Source: Trichinella spiralis (Eukaryota). From it: a stretch of DNA of 20,000 bases. A program made the position numbers and the translations under genes. The stretch lies in the NCBI RefSeq assembly GCF_000181795.1, contig NW_003526941.1:11327910-11347909 (forward strand), read 5' to 3'. Positions 11,984 to 20,000 of this stretch are shown one piece after another (the first letter of the stretch is position 1; every line of letters starts with the position of its first letter). Under the pieces are notes generated by a model. That model saw only the letters and a list, made by a program, of their open reading frames with translations. It was not told the origin of the DNA and did no database searches.

Positions 11984-12503
11984 GCCTGAGGCGATTTATT
12001 TAATAAAATATGCAAATTTTTAATAGCCTATGGGCAATATGCAAATTTTTATTTGCCCTAAGGCTACGCCCTAGGCTATGCCTCAGGCAAAATTCCGAAA
12101 ATTTCGAATTTTTTAAAATATAGCCCCAGGCTTTACCCTCAGGCTATGCCCGAGGGCAAATAAAAATTTGCATATGCCCTAAGGCTATCCCCCAGGCAAT
12201 TTATAACACAATATTTAACCTAAGGGGCTTTTTATGCAAATTTTTAATCGCCTCAGGGTAATATGCAAATTTTATTTGCCCTCAGGCTACGCCTGGGGCT
12301 ATGCCTCAGGCAATTTTTTGAAAATTTCGAAATTTTTTGAAATTTAGCCGCAGGCGTCGCCTCAGGCTATGCCCCAGGGCAAATAAAAATTTGCATATTA
12401 CCGCAGGCTACGCCCAAAGCATTTTATTGCACAATATTTGCCTTCAGGGGGATATGCAAATTTTCTTTCGCTTTCAGGCTATGCCCAGGGCATCCCCTCA
12501 GGT
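11984..12503. repeat. Central core: ~224-bp tandem units (2 plus a partial third), each an internal palindrome rich in ATGCAAAT and GCCN3-4GGC motifs
   Basis: Units start at ~12009, 12233 and 12453. Perfect 23-bp inverted repeat ATATGCAAATTTTTATTTGCCCT at 12037-12059 / 12153-12175; a second palindrome spans 12257-12402. Both are centred on TTCGAA. Octamers at 12010, 12039, 12166(-), 12234, 12263, 12389(-) and 12454. Confidence 0.93.
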
Positions 12504-12608
12504 ATTTTTTTCGAAAATTTACATAATTCAGCACCCGGCACTTTACTTTTGCAATTCGATACATGCCCTACAATTACCCAATTTCCACTCAGCGTTGAGT
12601 AACGCCTC

Positions 12609-12912
12609 ACTTACCTTTACCTCTACGCTATCGCACTTCAATCCACTTAACTCTACGATCATTCTTCTTTATACTTACCTGCACAACTTACCTTTTCATT
12701 TTACTCATCTGTACCTTACTTACCTTACTGCACAACTTACGTTTTCATTTTACTCACCTACACCTTACTTACCTTACTTCACAACTTACCTTTTCATTTT
12801 ACTCACCTGCGTTATCGTACTTACCTTCAGTACTTACCTGCAATCCATTTACCTGTGCGCACTTTATATCCGCTTCGACTCTACTTACCTGCATTACTTC
12901 ATCCACTTACTT
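12609..12912 (-). repeat. Minisatellite of 49-bp units carrying ACTTACCT/ACTCACCT (AGGTRAGT on the minus strand)
   Basis: Unit cacaacttaccttttcattttactcacct..accttacttaccttact.. at 12682, 12731 and 12780. ACTTACCT at 12609, 12673, 12686, 12718, 12767, 12784, 12819, 12832 and 12883; ACTCACCT at 12752 and 12801. Confidence 0.9.
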
Positions 12913-13334
12913 TGATGCTTCGTACCAGTACATTACGCTATCTCTACTGCTCTTAATGAAGAATTTATAAACATGCCATGATTCTAAAATTCATAGTTGA
13001 ATATAGTTATACCATATTACAGCCATATTAGCGTAACAGCAGCATAAAAAACGATATTCGATGGAGAGCATTCAAGATGCGGCTCTCGTCTTCACAGTTA
13101 CGCACTAAAACTTTAAATACATACCAATTCTTCTACAAAAAATGAAATTCTTCCTTACCTTGCGTGACAAAAAAACCGTAAGAAACGCTATTTGAGAGTG
13201 CCATCGGCTGCGACTAAAAAATTCATAAATTGCTATCAGGAACAAAATGCTGGGATGTACATCGACATACCTGTTCTATTCATTTAACGTCTTTCATTGC
13301 TGTCATAAACAATATCGAATTCCTTCTTTGTGAA

Positions 13335-14497
13335 TTTGTGATAAGCAAAGGCACACTGGGACGGCTAGGAAGCGCCTTTACGTCCATGTGAACACGGGTT
13401 GCAAACGGTACAAGATTCATGGGATGACGTAATCCATAGCTATTATAAACAAAAACTACTTACTAATTTTTGTCATATCACATTGGAAACGCACTGACGA
13501 AAGATCTATACGGGCACCAGCGCTACTCGACTGTCTCAACGTAGTCTGCTAGAATTACAATCATTTATTTCTTTCTAACTCTTATGATAAGTGAAACCAC
13601 AGTAGTACCAATGATGAACGTCACTGCGTCAACTTCAACTCAGAGGGCCATCAGAAGAAACATCGAATTCGCTTGATGTTAATGTAATGCTGTCATGGAT
13701 AAAATGTGCACGCTTTACGTATCCAACTGCAATCAGGAGCAAGTTAAATACTTACGGATGTTTGTGATGCAACATCTAGAACAAACTGATGTGAACATGA
13801 CTAAGCACGGTGTCCAGAGCGAAAGGAAGTTGAAAACAGTTCAGCTAATGATGTTATCTGTCATTATAGATGTTATCTAATTCAATGCATGTAACACTCG
13901 CATCTTCCAGCTATCTAATTAATCAAATTCAATACTTACTGATAAACGATACTATTTGTAATAAGCAAAGGCACACTGGGACAGGTAGGAAACGCATTTA
14001 TGTCCATGTGAACAAGGGTTGCCAACGGAACAAGCTTCATGGGATGACGTAATCCATAGCTATTATAAACAAAAGCTACTCACTAATTTTTGCCATATCA
14101 CATTGGAAACGCACTGACAGCAACAAGCACCAATACGTTGTCAGGATTTGTACGAACGCTGCTCGACTGACTCAGCGAAATCTGCTACAATTACAATCAA
14201 TTCCTTCTTACTTTTATGATAAGTGAAACCACACTAGAAAAACTGGGAAACGTCACTGGACCAAACACTGTACGATGCAACTGCAATCAGGAGTAAATTC
14301 AATACTTACGGATGCTTGTGATGCCAAATTTAGAACGAAATGATGTGAACATGACTTATCACGTTGCCCAGAGCAAAAGGAACAGCGTAAAAACTCAGCT
14401 GATGACGTAATCTGTAATTACAGAAGTTACCTAATTCCACCTATATCTAATACGCATATCGTCTTGCTATGTAATTAAACAAATTCAACACTTACTG
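13335..14497. repeat. Tandem direct duplication, ~620-bp period (copy 1 ~13335-13940, copy 2 ~13955-14497)
   Basis: ataagcaaaggcacactgggac...catgggatgacgtaatccatagctattataaacaaaa...cacattggaaacgcactgac starts at both 13341 and 13961. Copy 2 lacks roughly 75 bp present in copy 1 at ~13630-13720. Confidence 0.93.
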
Positions 14498-14789
14498 TTT
14501 TTTGTCATACGTTTTTTGAACCACTGTTCCAACAACCACTGTTCAACAGCTTTTACCTGTCTTTACTGATAATAGATTGCATCTGGGCATTTTCAAAACG
14601 GAGCAAGGCAAATGTAAGTTTCAATTCTTAAAAGAATTGAATCAAGGGCACCTAATCCATGATATCATATACATGATAATTTAACATTAGTGCTGCAGTT
14701 GGAAAAAAAGCAATGTGGCGCTAAAGGCATTGCCACCTTCAACCTAAATTTAACAGAAAAATTCAAGTAAAAAGCAAGGCATATTCATC

Positions 14790-17070
14790 ATGATGCATAG
14801 TTACCATATTCAGTTAGTTTTCAGAATTTCGTTGTTTCATATTCATTGATATGAAAATAAAATAATGTAAATTCTAAAATTGAATTATATTAATGCAGTC
14901 ATCTATAAATAAAAAACAGAAATAGATACTTCTTCGTCTTCAGTATCTGATGTATCTAAAACTTAGCAATAATAACACTAGAAAGACACCCGCCAGTTTC
15001 CAATCACCATATATGTAAAGTAACATGCATAGCATACCACCACCAAAATATCAAATCCAACTTACCAGTTATTCATGGATGGTGGGTTTTGAAGAGCGGA
15101 ATTATAGTTGACCACGTGCTAGATTGATAGCTTTGCAGTGAACTGCATAACCTAATGTAATCGAAGTTCTCTGATTAGATGTATAATACTAAGTAAATTA
15201 TGCAAATGACTATTTACTTTGCCTCAGGAAGAACAACCTAATTTTCCATCAGTAATAGCGCAGTAAAATGAACAATATGAGCAACATTATGAAACGAGAT
15301 GATGAAATTTATTACGTTTCTATTTACACACTTCATATTACAACGTAATATGGCATTGTTATGCAAATTTTTCCCTAAAATTACCTAAAAGGAAATATTA
15401 TTAACCTGAAGCATCGCAGATTACTAAAAATAAACGAAAATGCTATCACTGCGCATTTATGCATGTTGTGTAATTTAGTTGCTTGAAAGTACAAGGTGAT
15501 TCAATAATTTATATTTTATCAATGCATTTCTTCTAATCAAAATTATATGGATAATAAAAAATGGCTTCCGCAGAAAATAGTTTCGAAAATAAAATACGTT
15601 TTCAGATTTATGGAAAATTAAACAGTTGTCATGAAATTTTATGATGAGCAGGGGCATGGAGCATATGAGGATAGGCATAGGGAATCAGGCATAGACAATA
15701 GGGGATGGGCAGCATTTTCAGTTGAATGCGATCTCTGTTCAGCTTAGTATTATTACGAGCTCAATGATGGGGATCATTAGAAAGGAAAGGAGGGCGGGAC
15801 AGCATAGCAGGAAGGAATGAGGGAGAAGTTGAAGGATGGAGGAGGTGGAAGTTGTCATATGCGTTCTTCCACTCAATCTTCACGTATAATATTCAGGCAT
15901 TGCTTCATTTATCAATACTGACAACATTTATGGGCATTGAGTTATTTTCTCAATGACAGAAAATAGGTGCATCTGTATAAATCAGTGCTATTGGCGGTAC
16001 AATGACATAACAGAAACTTTAAGGAGTCATTTCAAAAATGAAGGGAACGTTACTGCCATTCTGAAAGTATCAAAGGTGGTAGTATAAAAGTGTGTTCTCT
16101 AGCTAACAGCAGCTTTCCTATGTCATGCTGAAACAATCTTGTGCACGATTTGAGCAGTGACAAGCATTTAGGGGTGCGATTGTGCGACTGCACACGACAT
16201 TTCCTTTAAACAATTGGGCAAGTATCTTACCTTAGCAATAAACATTACAGTGGCCAGTAAAGATAATGCGGGAGGGGTTCACCTGCTATGTCAGAGTACT
16301 ACTTTACAAATGGATTTGTAAGGACCATTGAAAATTATAGCAAAATATACCATTAGTACTACTATATATTGGCTTGGCCGTAATGAAGTCTCGAATATTA
16401 GTTGAACATCATTACTGAAAAACAACGCGCTAGTTTCCATTCAAAAGGACTAAAATCAAACAACTACAAAAAGCTTATAAAGAGCGCATGTTTAGTGCAG
16501 TGTGCCAAGAGAAAGAAAGAAAACATTGTATGAAAAATAACAAATATATGAAAATTCATACCTGTCAGCAGACCTGTCAGGGATAACGTATAAAGCAAAC
16601 GTAGAATCATACATTTTGTAACTGATGTTCATGGTTTCTTCATATTTTTAGTCCAACAATCACAACGTAATTGTTGCAGTGAACCATCGAAATGACCAAA
16701 TAACGCAATGCAGTAAGTGATTAGACCGCCCTTCAGCAGCGAACATTTATACTATAGTGCAGTTCTCTCAATAAACAGAAATTTATATAAGGAACACTGC
16801 TACCGCATTTGCATAGCCCAAAGTGCACGTAGCAGAATGCCAACGGCAGTGTTTACCAACACATTAGCATAAAGTTATTCTGCTGACCTAGAAATGCATG
16901 TATGCTTTGAAAACGTATAACAATGTAATGAGCGAACACCAACGATTATAGTAATTGCTGAACAACAACAAAATACTCAATACGTTACAGATGAAAGTCT
17001 CTGTCTATCACAAATAATATTATGGAGTAAATTAAAGAAGTATAAAATAGTGTCTTACGTAAATGAGGCT
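14790..17070 (-). repeat. Right outer arm of long inverted repeat (pairs with 7094-9687)
   Basis: Reverse complement of the left arm; for example 16861-16920 matches 7179-7238 and 15728-15900 matches 8196-8368. Confidence 0.96.
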
Positions 17071-17517
17071 GTACTAGCACGATGATAATATTTTGCAGAT
17101 TAATTCCTGAACAAGCACAACCTCTTTTTCCATTCCAAACTGCACTATAAGCTGTTAGAAATATCGTGAAGTAGAGTTTGTCTACTTGCATTCTTGGATG
17201 AACAATCACCAACCGATCAAGTGAAAATTTACCCTTAATACTCATATTGCTTTATGTAGAAAAAATGGTAAAAAGGGAAATAAAGTGCACTGACAGGGTT
17301 CACCAATTATACAGCAAATTTCTCATGGATTCTTTAGTACATTCAAACTGCATGATATTGTTCACCCTCCATTTGTGATTAACACGTTGTCTGATGCGAA
17401 CCGTACATGAATAGAACAGTGGCTCAGGAATGAAATATCACTTACCAACTAACTGAAGGCGGTATTGAGGAAAAGAGCTCAACGCGTTTCCTGACTGCTG
17501 CGCGGAGCATTGCTTAA
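16857..17517 (-). other. Putative chain of micro-exons (possible small spliced gene or lncRNA) running into the right arm
   Basis: AG|exon|GT cassettes at 17517-17446 (72 nt), 17390-17366 (25), 17249-17233 (17), 17151-17122 (30), 17068-17059 (10), 17004-16989 (16) and 16887-16857 (31). Introns are 55, 116, 81, 53, 54 and 101 nt, like the ALDH introns. The first six join in one open frame. Two donors are weak and sites were chosen by eye. Confidence 0.35.
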
Positions 17518-17890
17518 CTAAATAAGCACGAGGAAGACATTCTTAAAATTGCATCAAGATCGAGTCCAAGAAATAAGAATAGTTAGTTTAGCATAGTTGA
17601 AATCACCGCACGTATAGTGGTAATAGCGGAATGACATCAATATAATCGAAAATTTTACTAATTATAAAGGTTATTACGTTTGTATTCAACCTTCATATAA
17701 TATTATAAATTGTAAATGAATTTCCTTTTCAGTGATGATTTAAACACCTGCTGCTCCTTATGAATGTAAATAAAGGAAAATCAGATTAAGTAAACATCCA
17801 AAATATTGCATCAAACTAGTGCTACCAAGCAATAAGATAATTAAACTGTAATGCAATATATATTGAGGGAAAGCTTTGATGAAAACTAAT

Positions 17891-18041
17891 CACCCAATCA
17901 ATGAACAGAATTAAGGAGCAAATCAAATATTACTACACATTCGTCCAATTGGTGATGAAAATTGAGTAACTAATAACATTGCACAATTCATCAGCCAATT
18001 AATAACGAAACCATTACAACGTATCAACGAACAGCCAATCA
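17891..18041. promoter_or_regulatory. Cluster of four CCAAT boxes (NF-Y-type promoter signature)
   Basis: CCAAT at 17894, 17945, 17995 and 18035 (spacing 51, 50, 40). Two are in CAGCCAAT context, one of them the full CAGCCAATCA. Confidence 0.4.
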
Positions 18042-18183
18042 CAAAATTGTGGGAAACTTTTTGCAAGCCGACGATGAAAAAATCAAGACTAATGGCAAAG
18101 TCAACCATTCAATAAAACTATACTAGAACAAGAACTGGTAAAGGGTAAAAATGTCAGTGGAATTGCAATTTGTAATCAAATTT

Positions 18184-18590
18184 AGATTTTATTTACATTT
18201 CAATCCGTCCTGAAACAATGTTTATAAATTTATTCCAATTGGACAGAAAATGAAGAAAAATCGACTTACCCGAAACAAAAAAAATATTGCACAAGACAAC
18301 GCAGTTTCATCGAATACCTCACTATAATGTAAAATACGTTTCCTACACCAAAATTCAACCATCCAGGAGCCGTTTCAAGGGAGTCCCAGATGGGCTGCTT
18401 TCCTGTGTATTAAGATAGGCGCATGCAAACTTTAGAGGCCATTTATTCAACAAGTTCGCGTTAGTTTGCCATAGAACTTTCCAGAACCTTCTATTTTATC
18501 AAACTTTAGCAATATATAACAAAATAAAATGAAATTTTTGAAAAAAGCCTACTTTCGAAAATCGCAAAAACAGCAAAGGCTATAGCCTTG
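18184..18590 (+). repeat. Direct repeat, copy 1 (~400 bp; possibly part of a non-autonomous element)
   Basis: Matches 19598-20000 at an offset of ~1413. The ~100-bp core 18299-18400 is identical to 19712-19813. Confidence 0.9.
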
Positions 18591-19597
18591 GTTTTTTGAA
18601 AAGTCAAAAATTTTAAGTTGTTGCAAAAGTAATTTAAATTGATCAGAAAAATTATGGTAATCATTACAAACCTGGTCGCACGTCGTACAAACGCGTATTT
18701 GCCGTGATATTGCAAAAAAGTTGTACAATGATGCGATTTTAGTGGGGACGTCAGAGATGGAGACGAAACCTTCGCGCTTGATAATACATCCTATAATTGC
18801 ATTTCATTAGCATTTATGCAAAAATTTGAACAAATACCCGCGAGCAAAAGTTGCTGATTCCAATAACATTTGTGCCTGAATTTCACTTTTGTAATACAGA
18901 AACCCGTTGAAATCTAAATTTTTATTTACGCAATTTAATTGATTAAATATGATACAGAAATAAGAATAATTCAAAATAAAACGTTTTATTTACATTTTTC
19001 ATAGTATCATGCATTATTTCCCTGTGTAAATGACACCTATGCTAACAAGCAATTTCCTCAAATATCTCATAAAATAATCAATTGAGTATTATTGTTAGTT
19101 TATGTAATAAATAATTGTACAATACTGTTCTCATATATAAAGAAAGAATTCAAAAATACATTTGTGTTCCCTAGAGGCAGGCCTTTGTTCTACTGAGCTT
19201 ATATGCATATATCTTGAAAGATTAGAATATATACCATGCATGGGTGAATTAGTTTGTTATAAATTGTTATTTTATTTGATTTTCACCATTTGTAATCAAT
19301 CATTTTGACACAAAACAACATTCAAAGCCATTCGCATAAGCGTCATTTGATTATAATGAAGCGAGCTAAAACTGAATCAAACAGCCACACTTTTGGTATC
19401 GTTGAGAAGCTCAATGAATGGTTGAGATCATGAACAGCATAGAAATCAATGAAAAGATTGTTATTTCATGAAATCAAACATATTCAAGTCATACGATAGA
19501 CACTCAGGTATTAATAAATGTTGACAGCTACAGATTGAAAAATTCAGTTCTACTGATCGAATAAATGAAATAAACTAATAGGAAACTAATGAATGGA

Positions 19598-20000
19598 AGA
19601 TTTTATGGGCATTTCAAACCGTCTTGTAACAATTTCTATAAATTGATTCCAAATGGACGGAAAATGAAGAAAAATAGACTTGCCCAAAACAAAGAAATAT
19701 TGCACAAGACTACGCAGTTTCATCGAATACCTCACTATAATGTAAAATACGTTTCCTACACCAAAATTCAACCATCCAGGAGCCGTTTCAAGGGAGTCCC
19801 AGATGGGCTGCTTTTCCTGGGTAATAAAAAAAGCGCCTGCCAACTTTTAAAGGGCATTTATTTCCACAAGTTCCCGGTTAATTTGGCCTAAAAAATTTCC
19901 CGAAACCTTCTATTTTTTTCTAACTTTTAGCAAATGAAACCAAATAAAATGAAATTTTTGAAAAAGCCTACTTTTCTAAAAATCTCAAAAAAGCCAAGGG
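19598..20000 (+). repeat. Direct repeat, copy 2 (truncated by window end)
   Basis: Colinear with 18184-18590. After ~19810 the differences are dominated by lengthened homopolymers. Confidence 0.9.

Noticed and set aside
12671..12840. U1 snRNA gene (ATACTTACCTG next to octamer motifs)
   Set aside because: Only the first 11 nt match. There are no U1 stem-loops, no U1-70K or U1A loop sequences and no Sm site downstream, and the motif is part of a tandem repeat.
12337..12915. 192-aa ORF on the plus strand
   Set aside because: It starts at a TTG and runs through the palindromic core and 49-bp minisatellite. It has no recognisable domain and is open because of low complexity.
7094..17070. Whole-genome-amplification fold-back chimera
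   Set aside because: Such artefacts give near-identical arms. These arms differ by many substitutions and large indels, and the inner layers are far more diverged.
7091..17073. 3-bp target-site duplication GTA flanking the long inverted repeat (Harbinger/CACTA-like element)
   Set aside because: GTA does occur at 7091-7093 and 17071-17073, but a 3-bp match is weak. The termini are not CACTA, no transposase is present, and the boundary coincides with a splice acceptor. Not excluded, but unsupported.
18178..18921. 12-bp inverted repeat aaatttagattt / aaatctaaattt as MITE termini
   Set aside because: It is short, very AT-rich, lacks a clear TSD, and the left part is not conserved at the start of the second repeat copy.
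19586..19891. 85-aa and 100-aa ORFs in the terminal repeat
   Set aside because: They lie in a repeat copy with probable sequence errors, and indels between the copies mean the frames are not preserved in copy 1.

Overview
AT-rich eukaryotic DNA with short GT-AG introns (51-176 nt). It looks like an invertebrate, possibly nematode, genome, but that is inference. The left part holds a complete 12-exon cytosolic ALDH1/2-family gene on the minus strand (1438-3998, 494 aa). Its general-base glutamate (Glu268 in human ALDH2 numbering) is replaced by Leu while the other key residues are intact. Most of the rest (7094-17070) is a ~10-kb nested palindrome with no sizeable ORF. From outside in it has: ~2.3-2.6-kb highly similar inverted arms carrying micro-exon-like cassettes; older, diverged inverted arms (tandemly duplicated on the right); two independently expanded minisatellites built from the 5' splice-site consensus AG|GTRAGT, both pointing inward; and a central ~520-bp core of tandem palindromes with 7 ATGCAAAT octamers and ~24 (G/C)CCNNNGG(C/G)-type motifs. 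Also present are a possible decayed hAT (Buster-type) transposase fragment, a CCAAT-box cluster, and a ~400-bp direct repeat near the right end. All identities and counts were made by eye.
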